DNA of 64,000 nucleotides from Eledone cirrhosa. Lineage: Eukaryota. Made by a program: the position numbers and the translations under genes. The notes under the pieces are model-generated. The model did no database searches and was not told the origin of the DNA. It saw only the letters and a list, made by a program, of their open reading frames with translations. Where the stretch lies: assembly GCA_964016885.1 (NCBI GenBank), contig OZ024742.1, positions 217,372,001 to 217,436,000 of the forward strand. The letters are read 5' to 3'. This document shows positions 1 to 12,307 of the stretch, piece after piece (position 1 is the stretch's first letter; the number at the start of each line of letters is the position of its first letter).

Positions 1-545
1 CTGATTTTGTCACCTATGTAACGGAAAGTGTCTACTATTTCTATAGAACCATCTGGGCAATAGTAGGAGCTAGTATCCTGTGGACACTTGCTACCTATTG
101 CACCTGAGCATCGGCCACATATAAAGTCTACGTTCTTAGATAGTTTACCTATGGTCCCACTACATCTTTTATGTACTCATACTTTGCATTTGGGACATAA
201 AATTGAATTTCTGCCTACTCCTTTCCTACACACTGAGCATGGCCATTTCCCTGATGGTACCTGTGCCTTATTTTCCTTTCTACAAACTAGGACTTTAATC
301 TTAAACAAGTTAACTTTAAGGCTTCTTTTTGATTCTAGGCCATGCTTCCATGTTTGAAATTTCTTCTCTAGTTCAGCTATGAGCGTTAGATCATCTGCGT
401 ATAGGAGTTCCCATGGGCAGCCGGTCTTGAACTCCTGTTATAGCCTGAAGGGCAATAATAAATAGGAGGGGGATAAGGACAGAGCCTTGGTGAACACCAA
501 CTTTTACACTAAATTCTTCACAATATTCATTGTTAATTCTAACCA
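1..545 (-). mobile_element. Degenerate RTE-clade LINE, RT fragment with a Cys-rich PHD-like insert
   Basis: Minus-strand translation gives VGVHQGSVLIPLLF, GCPWELLYADDL, WPCSVCRKGVGRNSILCPKC..VHKRC..FICGRC and FRYLGD, with frameshift and stop. Confidence 0.9.
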
Positions 546-1892
546 AATTTTCTTTGAGTGTGTTTCTAGAATACTTAGATGGTCTAGCCCTCTACCAATG
601 CCACAATTCATCACTGTCTATTTCATTGTCTATGGAAACGAGTCCATAATTTGTGGGAAATGAAATCTGTATTATTTCATCATGTTGAATCAGTCTGCAT
701 GCTGAATGAAGGTTTGGATAAGTAATGTTTGATTATTACAGAAACTTCAATTATGTTAACACAACAAAAATAAGTCAGTATGATCTCTTTATTCTCTCCA
801 TTGATCATCTATTTTTGTTCCATTAATCATATTATCCAATTCAAAAAGCAAAGTTAATTTAATGTGGCATCCACTGCTATATATTTTTTCATAAGATTTA
901 TTATGATAGTGTGTCATTGTTATACAAGTAACAGAAACAACAGAAAAAGTCTGGATGGTTTTTACATTCACAAGGCTAATTAAATAACATTGGTTTGAAT
1001 AATTATTCTAAAAAATACAAATATTTCAAATAAAATACTTTCTCAAAATCATATTCAATGGAAATTGGTTTATATTTTTTAATTTTAATTTTTCTTATTT
1101 TCTTAACCCTTTTGGTACCAACCTGCCCAAAACTTCTATATGGTGGTTTAACTGCTAGAAATAGCAGCCAACTTACCCTCAAATTGCACCCTGTTGTCTC
1201 TGATATACAAAAAGTTATAATAGTCATAACTGAAACATCTTTAATCTTAAGTTTACTTTATCAAAGCTTATCTGTAGCTAAACAACAACAATATCATGTA
1301 TTGAATATTAGAATATTTGATATTTATAATATTGATAATCACTTTTGAGTTCCAACCCATGCCAGTATGGAAAGGGAATGTAAAATGATTATGATGAATA
1401 TTGAATGTCTATAGTGAAGTTTCATATGACAATTAAACAACATAATCAGCATATGGTTAATCATTTGAACATCTCATTAGCAATTAGTGGTTTTTGTTGG
1501 GGGGTTTTTAATTGGTTTATTTCTTTTCAATTTGTGATTTGCTTATTAGGTTTTTGCCATTAATGTCTGTGATAGTAAATTTTTGTATTTTGGCATTATT
1601 ACCCTGATTGGTAATTTATTGTTTAACCCCAGGTCAGTTCTGATCCAAGTAGACATAAAGAGAACATTGTCTTTACAACCATGGCTCTTTTTGGGGGGTG
1701 GGGTGTAAACAGGGTATCTAAGACTACAGAGATGGATTTGATTGCTATTTCTTTCTTGTAAGTCATGAAGAAGCGTTCTTATTTTGTTGTTTTATTTTAT
1801 TTTTTCAGTGTTAGCAAGGGTTTAACTGGTCTGGATAAATCTCTTTGTATTTTGTGTGTTATTTTTATCTATAAGACCTACTTAAGCCTTAA

Positions 1893-2028
1893 CTCTTTAG
1901 CATTTACATTACTCTAAATATACTATTGTATTTTCACGGTGTAGGCTTTATCTCACATAATATCAAATCTTTGAGACTTTACCATGAAAATACAATAGTA
2001 AATATAGAGTAATGTAAATGCTAAAGGG
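1893..2028. mobile_element. Foldback derivative of the TTAA (piggyBac-like) MITE family A
   Basis: TTAA on both sides and about 48-bp inverted arms, both matching the right end of family A. Confidence 0.8.
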
Positions 2029-2140
2029 TTAATCTACCTCAGTCTGTTTTTGTGTCAACATCCAGTTTGCAATATTCTGTATCCAGTTTAGAATGGATGT
2101 CATAAGAGATGACTAAAGGGGTTAGCACCAGGAAGGCCAT

Positions 2141-2288
2141 CAGGACATAACTGCAGCCCAAAAGCTGCATGCGATTTGTTTGGCTTTCTGAATGGCACAC
2201 CTAATTTCAAAATTGCCTTGAATTTTTTAGTAGTGCAAGCTGCTTAAGATGAGCCACATACTATGTGGGAAAAGGTTTCCTATACTTA
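2141..2288 (+). mobile_element. Degenerate hAT-type MITE, same family as 46286-46449
   Basis: Shares tttggctttctgaatgg..cctaatttcaaaattgcc with the 46286 copy. Confidence 0.65.
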
Positions 2289-2913
2289 CCTTAAAATATA
2301 ACCTCAAATGGGTTCCCATAGTGAGAATGACAACTATCATAAGGCCCACAAGGCTATGACTTGCTTTAGCAGTGTAAATGGCCTTAAAACACTTATTGTT
2401 GTATGTAGAGTGACAGACAAAAGTTCTTGTAATATTTAGTTAAATACCTTTACATTCCAATTTCAAGTACTGGGGACATTATAATTGACTGTATTCTTGT
2501 GACTATATTTGTGTGTTTGTTAGACATCAATATTCAGTATGCTAACAATTATGACACTAACATCATCAACATATTTGAAATCAATAAAACAGTTTCATAA
2601 GAGGGACTATGTAACTACTTCTCGATGTGTTATCTTTTGACCCATCATGATGTCTTCGTATTTAACTATTCATAAGATTACTATTAACCTTATCTTTAGA
2701 AATGAAAAATATGTTAATATTTACATCTTCAACACTACATTCTTGATTTGTTTGATTACTAATCATCATTGAGTGTCGTATTCTTGAGTATTTACATAGC
2801 ACCAGGCTGGATTTGACTTTGGAACCTTAATTTTTAAACTATAGTATAAATGTAAATATGTTCATTTTAATTTCATCTCAAAAGAGTCAAAGAATTACCC
2901 CCTTACTAATAAT

Positions 2914-3116
2914 TGTTTCTAAATTCGGTACAAGGCCAGCAATTTGAAGGGAAGGGAAAAGTCAATTTAATTGACCCAGCTTTATTTCATCAACCCCATA
3001 AGGATGAAAGGCAAAGCTAATCTCAGCAGGATTTGAAATCAGAATGTAAAGGGCTATAACTATATGCTGCAAATCATGTTATCCGATGTTCTTCTGATAC
3101 TGCCAATCCACTGCCC
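2914..3116 (-). mobile_element. tRNA-derived SINE family 1 with 18-bp TSD
   Basis: A/B-box-like head and gcctttcatcc core. TSD tacc(c/t)cttactaataat-type repeat at 2896-2913 and 3117-3134 (one mismatch). Confidence 0.85.
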
Positions 3117-4179
3117 TACCCTCTTACTAATAATACTCATCTATTCATATTGGAGTAATATTTATGTATTAAATATATATATATATATATATTATGAGTC
3201 CCACCCTTGCAAGCAGGCAAAAGCAGACGTAAAATGATAATGATGATTATCATTTTTGCATTCACCTTTCGATGCTAGCATGGGTTGGATGGTATCTTTT
3301 AAGGTAGTGTTTTACAGCCTGATGGATGTCCTTCCAAAGATCAACCCTTTTAGTTGCCTATTATGACACACTGGGCTATGCTGTATCAAATCTAGAAATT
3401 AAGATGCATTAGAAGATAGTTTCCCCCTCAAATTCATCACCATCAGTCTTAATTTTGTCATTGTCAACTTACACTTTGTCATTACTGTAGGATGGAGTAA
3501 GGCATTTACATCAGTGATTAATTGTTGGACAATTGTAAATAATGTAAACATTTTAAAGTTTTGCAAATATTACAAGTTTTGTATTAAGAAATTGCCAATC
3601 CTTACAATACTGTAAATATACATACATTAAAAACTACATAATCTACTATATACAACACAAAGACAAAAACAAATAACATCAGTTGAAACTTTTATTCATT
3701 ATTATATTCCTTTAAAAAAATCTGATGCAATCATTGTTTGGTAAACAACCAGCCTGGTGTTGAACTATTTATTTACATATACTGGAATTTGAAATGTGAA
3801 CTGTACTGTGATGGGGTTTGTAGGGGGTTAACAATTGATAGTTTTAGTAATATCTGTGTTGTCACCATGAAAGATCAGTGAATGAGGATTAGCTTCTGTA
3901 GTGACTTTCAGGCTTTTAATAGTAATGAAATATTCTTTCAATATGTATACTGATTGCGTCTGGGTGATATCATATGAGTTACAGCAAGGTTATTAATATA
4001 CAGAAGAACAAACCCAGGAGTACTGCAGAGCTGAAAGAAAGGGGGACAGACAGAACTTTACTAACACATTGAGTTGTTTGGTATGAAACTTCTAAATCAA
4101 AGAGATGAAACAAAGATGGGTAATTTATCTAGTAAGCTTTCATGTCCTTTCAGTTTTGTTAGACTGCCTTAGTGAAGCA

Positions 4180-4373
4180 GAGACCTGCCAACCTCTAAAA
4201 ACTCAAAAGGGAGTACCATGAAAAAAAATGCCCCAAAACAGGGAGAAATGAGGCAAAATGGGGAAATTTTATATAATGAAAGCTATACCCATTTTCACAA
4301 GAAAAGACATCTCTCACCCACCCCAAAGTGGGTGGGAGATCTCCCCATCAGACAGGGAGAGTTAACAGGTCTG
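4180..4373. mobile_element. Probable hAT-like MITE
   Basis: Imperfect TIRs agacctgccaac / gttaacaggtctg, flanked by direct repeat gaagca. Confidence 0.55.
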
Positions 4374-6018
4374 GAAGCATACTCTTTAGCACACTTACCA
4401 AAGTAATGATGAAAGAATCACTAAGTAGATGCATACAATAATTAACATATCTATAAAATTTCTGATAAAATTACTCAGCGATGCCATCTGTATATATTGT
4501 CACAAATCTACAATAAAGCAGCCTTCCATGTGACTTAATCCTAGTCTGTATTTCTTGTAGAAATTTTCCAACATTAATTCATGGCATTGTATGACTCACT
4601 ATGTATTAACCTTTTACATTTCCATACCAGTGTGGTTATCTTCTCTGCAGGCTTACACTAAATACCAATACTAACCCTAGTTGTAAAACAAAGCTCAACT
4701 TTTACACTTAGTTCTAACATTGCCCACAAAACTATAAAGCTTTGAAATCACTCAAATACCATATATCAGTACTTAGATGCATAGTAGAGTTGTTTATTCT
4801 TAGCTAAATACCTGTCTTAAAGTTGTCATATTCCTATATTCTGGCACATACCCAAACTTGTTGATAGGTAACCTAAAAAATTGTTGGTATTTTGAGAATT
4901 GTGTTGCAGATGGCTGTTGTTTACTTCCAGACCCATGGCACTTAATTAGTTGACCAAACAACTAATTAAGACCCCCGGATCAATTGTTTCAGATATATTA
5001 CATTGCTACCTAGCAGGAGGCCAAGCTGTTAACATCAGCATGCAGTGGTTAATCATTTATGATACAATGTTGCAGTCATTAACATGTTTGGAAGAATTCT
5101 TGCTTGTGGTAAATTCATTTTCACCATAGAACTCTTCATTTCCTGTACTTTTAATTCCTTAACCTCTACAGAAGCACCAATACTTACATAGCCTACATAA
5201 ATATAAATATTTCTCAACTTGTTTAAAACCCTCTGCTAAACTGATATCTCTTGTTATATAGCAAATCTTCCTTGTGCTCAGTTTGCCTGCTTCATTCTCT
5301 GCATTTCACCTGTTGCTAATATGTCAAGTTATCTACATTCTAATATTTCTTTCTTTTTACTTTAACACTTATGATACCAAACCACTTGAAACTGCTGTGT
5401 ATTTAAATTCAGCATATTTGATTTAGAGAAGGTAATTTTAGTGGACGACAAAGAATTGTTTCTCAGGTATCAAGATGCATGGAAAGGTCATTATTAAATT
5501 ATAAGATATAGTATGTGCTCAAGTGGAGACCACCATTTATACATACTGACATAGAATGACGATGATGTATTATTTACTCAAAAAGCTGAAGCGTCACTAC
5601 TATGCTACTTTGTTTCCTATTTCTATTTTTCACTTTGTCAAGAAGAGGAAGCTTGGTATGGCAAAAGAATAGAGCTTCAATTATAAATAAACTCTGCAAT
5701 AACTTAGTGTATTTTTCTCTCATTTGTACTCCCACACACATACATACATATATGGCACTAACATAGCGTGGTTCACCATAGCGGTTTATATGAAAACATA
5801 TGTTTATGTATAATAAAAAATATGAAAGTCTCTGTGTATATACACATACATACATGTATATTTATTAGACTCACTAATTGTCAGTAAATTTCATATTAGA
5901 GGAAAATCTTAATTATGGTGCAGAGTTGAAGATGTTGTTTTTAGCAAAATTGCATTATAGTCGGTCACAACTTGAAGTAATATTGTTGCATTAATCATTG
6001 TTAATGTGTTATCAAATG

Positions 6019-6047
<29 letters not shown>

Positions 6048-6049
<2 letters not shown>

Positions 6050-6438
6050 CATCATTGTTTAACATCTATTTTCCATGCTAGCATGGCTTAGACGGATTGT
6101 CCCATTTAAGTGAAGTTGGGTCAGTTGACCATGTCTTGCTCATAAAGAACTGTTTCTGGCTAGATTTCTACAGCTGGATGCCCTTCCCAATGCCAACCAC
6201 ATTTACTGTGTGCTGGCTGCCTTTTTGTCATGACACCTACACGACCACCTTACAGTGTGGGTTGGGTGCTTTTTGTTGTGACACCTATGCGACCACTTTA
6301 CTGTGTGGGCTGGGTGCTTTTTGTCATGACACCTACACAACCACTTTACAGTGTAGGCTGGATGCTTTTTGTCTTGACTCCTACACGTCCACTTTACAGT
6401 GCAGGCTGGGTGCTTTTTGACGTGACACCTACACAACC

Positions 6439-6440
<2 letters not shown>
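6048..6440 (-). mobile_element. SINE family 2 (RTE-type 3' tail) with an internal 48-bp tandem array
   Basis: Tail ccatgctagcatggaaaa..gttaaac(atg)n on the minus strand. Five copies of a 48-bp unit at 6202-6438. Flanked by (TA)n. Confidence 0.8.
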
Positions 6441-6494
<54 letters not shown>

Positions 6495-6908
6495 CCATGT
6501 ATATCCAGTTTAAACAAGGTACACAATTCTCTTCTATGCCAGCATGGATTATTTATATATATACACACTGCCCTCTTTTCTATAAATGAAACCAGCTGGT
6601 TGGAAACAATTTATTACCATCTGTCTGAAACTTCTTTTCTTCTTTACAAAAGACTTTTTGTTGGTGAAAGAGGAATTGTTCGACTTGATTTTGAATTACA
6701 ATTACTCAAACTCCCATATTATATGATCCCTTATTTTATTATGTACAGTTAGAAATGAACAATAGCAAATCCCACCTTTCACTTAGACAAAGTCTATTAT
6801 TCTTTAAATATTTTTTATAGTTTATATTTGAATTTTACTTTCTCATGGTATTTTGTTGGGAAAGGAACTTTTTTGTTGGTTTTTGTTTTGTTTTTCACGA
6901 AGCAATTA

Positions 6909-7123
6909 ATTTAAACCGGCCATATCCGGCCAGAATTCTCTCACCACTTTCTGTTCAAACAGGTTGTGACTGGCTGCTCATACTGATGTTAAGGTATTGT
7001 CTTCAAAATAAATAATATCAAAATCTCATAGATTCGATATTATGTGAGATATTATATGAGATAAACTGTTTACCATGCAAATAAAATAGTAAATATTGAA
7101 TAATGTAAATGCTAAAGGGTTAA
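6909..7123 (+). mobile_element. TTAA MITE family A (left TIR truncated)
   Basis: Body matches the other copies and ends aatgctaaagggTTAA. Confidence 0.85.
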
Positions 7124-7360
7124 TAACTGTTAACTGTTTAACAGTGAAGTAGCAGTAGAATAATTGATTGTAAATGAAGCAAACAGTTGTGTTGTAGTTT
7201 CACCTGAGGAGAAGCATTCCAGCTATAACAATTTTCTTTTCTGGTATATCTAGGACCCTATTCAATGTCTTTAATTTTTTTAGCAAGTTAAACAACTGTG
7301 TAAATGCAGTCTTGTTGACTCAGACAGTTGTGTGTTTTATTACATTTAGAGATACAATAA

Positions 7361-7642
7361 AAGTTAAAGTGTGTCTCAAGCCTAGAAGCTCATCAGGTCA
7401 GTGTTAATCCCAGTTTCGTTGCCATTAAGCAACAAATAGTAGAAGACTTACTGCTAGACAGGATGCCAGTCCATCGCTGGGTTAACTCCCACCTACTGCT
7501 TGGTACGCATTTCAACTGAGTGTACTGGACCAACATTAAATTGTTTTGCTCAGGAACACAACTCACCACCTGTTCTAGGAATCAAGCGCACAACTTAATG
7601 ATCTTTTGTCCAAGGCCCTAACCACTAGGCCATGCACCTTCA
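7361..7642 (-). mobile_element. tRNA-derived SINE family 3
   Basis: Reverse complement aligns by eye with 44887-45164. Confidence 0.75.
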
Positions 7643-8139
7643 CTATAGGGGTACAATACAATTGTGATAATCATGCTTTTAACCCCTGACCTTCTGTTCA
7701 GTAATTGAAAGTCACAGTTATTGCGCTCCATTAGATGAATATTTCCTAATTTCTATGGATATAATTTTTTTGGTTAAAATCTATTTTGTTAGGTCATTTT
7801 TCTCTTTCACATCGCTTGTCACAAACTGGATATGCCTGCCTTCTGCCCAACATCTCATCTAAAGTCTTCCTGGTCTCCACTTTGTCTTCGTTACTACTTG
7901 CTACCAATTCAGCAGTTTTTGTTCTAGTTGACATGTCATCTATATGTATTTCATGTTAATTATATAATATTAGCAATTTAGATTATGTTATAGTGTGGGT
8001 TTTCTTATTGTCAGAGAAAAAAAATTTCTATTGTTTAAATTAGACTTTTGTTATAATTAATTCAAAGCCAAATATAGTTGGAAAGGTAATAGCTATTACT
8101 AATACAATGTAGACTACTTATAAATTAACTAATATTTTA

Positions 8140-9010
8140 ATGAGCAGTTGTGGCAGACATGAGCAACAGTCACACTTGTTTTCCTCCTATCTTAGCCAAC
8201 ATGGCTTCTCTCAGGATAGGCAGCATAAATGCACGCCTGGGGTCGTCTTGGAAGCAGGGTCACTTGCTCAACGATCTCAGGTCGTTAAACATAAATGTGG
8301 TGGCCATCAGCAAGACCAGAATTTCCGAAGCACGAGACTTTGCACCGATCTTCGGCAGTTACAATGTATATACATCTCCCAGCCGGCAGGGGACAGAGTT
8401 GTTGTGCTCTGTCAGCCAGGCCTGTCCAAGATGCACTCACTCGTCCAGTTTCCGAACATTACTGACTTGTGGGTTTATGTCAAACACCTGCTGTCGCGTG
8501 TAGGACAGATTCGGCTATCAGCTGAGTCCATCGCGAGGATTGCCCCACGCCTTCCTTTAGCCGGGATGGGCAGGCAGTTTTTACCTGCCTGGTGGCCATG
8601 GTAAAAGAGATCGTATGGTGGAAAACGGGTACTTTCCTCTTTGGTGACACCCTGATTAACCTTTTCAGAGTTCACTTGAAAAGGAAAATCAGGGTGGAGA
8701 GGGAAGTGCTGCCTTCCAGCCAGTTTGTTGAAAGTTGGGTGAGAGCAGCAAGAATAGCCCGTGTGAATGGGCCTACCCTGAGCGTGTGCCTGTAACATCG
8801 TAGGAGGAAAACTGGAAGACCTAGCAGTCAAGGTAACCGTGGCTTTTTTGTGGGCTTTCTCCATTATTGGGGAATTTTTCATTGTTTCTGTTTTTGTTTT
8901 TTTACATGCAGAAATGCCCATTTGTACCGTCCTGTATTGTCCTTAATGTTATACTTTATGTCAACCCTCGTGGTTAATAAAGAAAACATTATTATTATTA
9001 TTATTATTAT
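8140..9010 (+). mobile_element. Internally deleted L1/Tx1-like non-LTR retrotransposon
   Basis: APE endonuclease N-terminus (LRIGSINARL..NVVAISKTR) joined to a CPRC..H zinc-knuckle region and ORF2 C-terminus. 3' UTR with AATAAA and (ATT)n tail. No RT between them. Confidence 0.8.
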
Positions 9011-10160
9011 AGGTGAAGCCATGCTTCTTATCGGCTCCAGCTTTTTTCAACAGTATACATCGATTTCAACCGTTCCTAACCTTTTATTCAAGTTTTAAAC
9101 TTGATAAGAGTTTAGAGTAAGTGACCCACCTAATACAGGGGATTCACTGGTAAATAATACGGCACCCCTGTGCACTTGGTAGAACATAACTTTTCAACCA
9201 CTGTCATCTGTCTTGACCCACAATCTAAACAACAACACAACTATCTCTCTACTCCTCATGTCCTCATGCACAAACAGAGGTCTACCCAGAAATATTGACT
9301 TCTTCACTCCTGATAATAGTTGAATCTATCAAACTCTTTCATGAACTCATCTATACTTGTGGATAATTGAAACTTGATTCAAAGCATTGAATTACTAAAA
9401 TGCACTTGCTACTGGCTTTTTTTTCAATCCAAAGTGATTATCTCTTTGTTAACAACAGCATCAGATGTTCTACCACTGTGAACTTCAATTATTATAACGG
9501 CTCTTTAGCCCCTTCCCACTCCTTGCCACCACCATCATCAATGATTTCATTATTTAACTAACAGAACTTTGCAGCTGCTTCTAGTAATCACCTGCTTAAT
9601 TGAAACCATGTTTTTACTTAATGTTTACAGATTTGCCTTTAAGCTACAATTTCACATTGATGCATTTGGATATAGCTGGCAGTGGGAAGAGGCTTCTATA
9701 TTTAGCTATTCCTTCACTATCTTTACCTTTTTAAACTTAGTGAAGGCATTTAGTTTAGTGGTTAAGGTGTTGGATTCATAAGGTTGTGGAGTTGATTCCT
9801 AGACTGGGCATTCAGTAAGATGTTTCATTTCATGTTGCTTTCCATGGTGGGACTGATATCCCTGTCATTAAAATACACAAGAAACCTCCTAAGGAGACCA
9901 GCTAAACCTACATAGCTTTGAGCTGTAAATTTCATCCTTCATTTTCATATTTGACAGTGTTGAGGTGAATCAGTAGGGTTGTTAGTGTGGGTGTCCTATC
10001 CCTTTTCGATAAGTAAAATTACACTCTAATATGTCTTGTAGTTCCAAATAAGAGGGGAGGGTCTGATTTAAAGATTTGGTTTCTACTATTTCTAGCAGGT
10101 TGAGTGATCATGGAGAAGCTCTCTCATTTGCTCAGTAGATAAAGTGTAGTATCTAATAAT

Positions 10161-10420
10161 TGTTTCTACTTTTGGCACAAGGCCAGCAATTATCAGTGCA
10201 TTACTGGTACTTTATTGTAGTATCTAATAATTGTTTCTACGTTAGGCACAAGGCCAGCAATAACCCAGTGTATTACTGGTATTTTATTTTATCGACCCCG
10301 TAAGGATGAAAGGCAAAGTTAACCTCGACGGGATTTGAACTCAGAACGGCAAGGGCCGTAACTCTATGCGTCAAAGCATGGCGTCCGACCCTCTACTGAC
10401 ACTGCCAATCCACCGCCATT
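10161..10420 (-). mobile_element. Two tandem SINE family 1 insertions (one truncated, one full length)
   Basis: tgtagtatctaataat occurs at 10145, 10216 and 10421. Confidence 0.85.
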
Positions 10421-10750
10421 TGTAGTATCTAATAATGTTATCTAGAAATTCTGGTACATTAAAAGCAGGCTGTACTTTTTTGTGTGAGGGTGTCTATTAC
10501 ATAAAACATAACTTATATATGTTTTTATAGCTGCGGCCATGTATTCTAATGCTTAGGACAAGGATCTTCTTTCATAGAAAGAAAACAATATTCAGTCCCC
10601 TACTGTTGCTAAAATAAATACTGAGTATTATCTAATGGAATTTTTATTATTTGTTAAGTGATTCCATTGATATTTCAGTTTTCGCAATTTAATGTGAATG
10701 GAATTTTGTAATGGTGGGAAGATTCTTCATCAAATCTTTGTTGCCATTCA

Positions 10751-10887
<137 letters not shown>

Positions 10888-11277
10888 TGTCAAATGGCTT
10901 TTTTTACATAAATCCCAATGTTCTTTGACACATCTGAAGTATCCTGTTCTATTCTTTCTTTAATCTAACTCTACTTTCACTATCGTATAACACTAAACTG
11001 TTTACTATTTATTACATGGTCATGCCACTAGAGTGTCCTCTCCACTAAACACTGGGGGGGGGGGGGCCTATATAAGATCTCTTAACCTGCTAGAAATAGC
11101 AACCAAGTCTTTAAAAGAAAAAGTAAAGTTCATATTGGTAGTTCAGTTTTAAATACACTATGTCTGAAGAAAAAGACCATGTTTGTGGCTAGGATACATA
11201 AATCTGGTCTTCAGCAGTTTTGATGTAATAAGTCACTACAATCAAAACTACCTTTCTTTTCTATCATTTTTATTATC

Positions 11278-11645
11278 AGTGGATTGGCAGAGCTGTTAGA
11301 GCATTGGACAATATACTTTGTTGCATTTGTTCCTTCTCTTTACATTCTAAGGTCAATAAAATAAAGTACCAGTCATACACTGGGGTAGATTTCGACTTAG
11401 CCCTTTCCCCAAATGACTGGCCTTGTGCCTAAATTAGAAATCATTAAACAATTATTATTATGAATTGGCAGTATCGGTAGAGGGTCGGACATGCTTTCCA
11501 GCATAGTTATGTTCCTTTATGATCTGAGTTCAAATCCCTCTAAGGTTAACTTTACCTTTCATCCTTATGGGGTCGATAAAATAAAGTACCAGTAATGTAC
11601 TGGGTAATTGCTGGCCTTGTGCCAAAAGTAGAAACAATTATTATT
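11278..11645 (+). mobile_element. Two head-to-tail SINE family 1 copies
   Basis: Two tggcag heads and two ggccttgtgcc..agaaa tails, each followed by (ATT)n. Confidence 0.8.
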
Positions 11646-11742
11646 ATGCCATTATATGAATACCTTTTCAGAACTTGCTAGTTTCATTTTATGACAGTCT
11701 TTCAAAACTACTCTTGCTGTGGTAAAGATGGACCTTCTGTGT

Positions 11743-12063
11743 CAGTGATTCTCAGCCCTTCTCTTATTTAGCCTCTCAGCTTCGTGTATTTCTACTACCT
11801 CCACCCCTTCCATGTCCTTAATACTATGCACAAAAATGAACTAAATAATCATATCTATAACAAACATCATAATTTGTCACACTTTCATTATATCTTTTCT
11901 GCCATTACATAATGCATGTATGACCTTTCTCAGCAAAAAGATGTGTAATTTTTAAAAGATAGCATTTGTTAATAAACTCTGTAGATTATGTAATAATATA
12001 TTATCATATATGATTTATTTACCTCCTGTAATATAAATGTTTACCCATTGTTAAGAATCACTA
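11743..12063. mobile_element. Possible old hAT-type MITE
   Basis: Ends cagtgattctca / ttaagaatcacta form imperfect TIRs. TSD is not convincing. Confidence 0.4.
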
Positions 12064-12110
12064 CCCTACATGGTCACTCATTTCAAAATATCAGTAAATT
12101 CTCTGTTTAA

Positions 12111-12307
12111 CCCTTTAGTGTTCAAACCGGCCAAAACTCTCTACTTTTTTCTGTTGGAACTGGCTGTAACTGGTCGCTCAAACTGATGTTAAGGTATTGT
12201 TCTCAAAATAAATACTTTCAAAATCTCATAGATTCGATATTATATGAGGTAAAGCCTTTACCATGAAAATATAATAGTATATATAAAATAATGTGAATGC
12301 TAAAGGG
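12111..12307 (+). mobile_element. TTAA MITE family A, complete
   Basis: TTAA-ccctttag...ctaaaggg-TTAA. Confidence 0.9.

Noticed and set aside
6202-6438. CRISPR-like array or repeat-protein ORFs
   Set aside because: Units are contiguous with no unique spacers, lie inside a SINE, and no cas genes are present. The ORFs follow from the 48-bp period.
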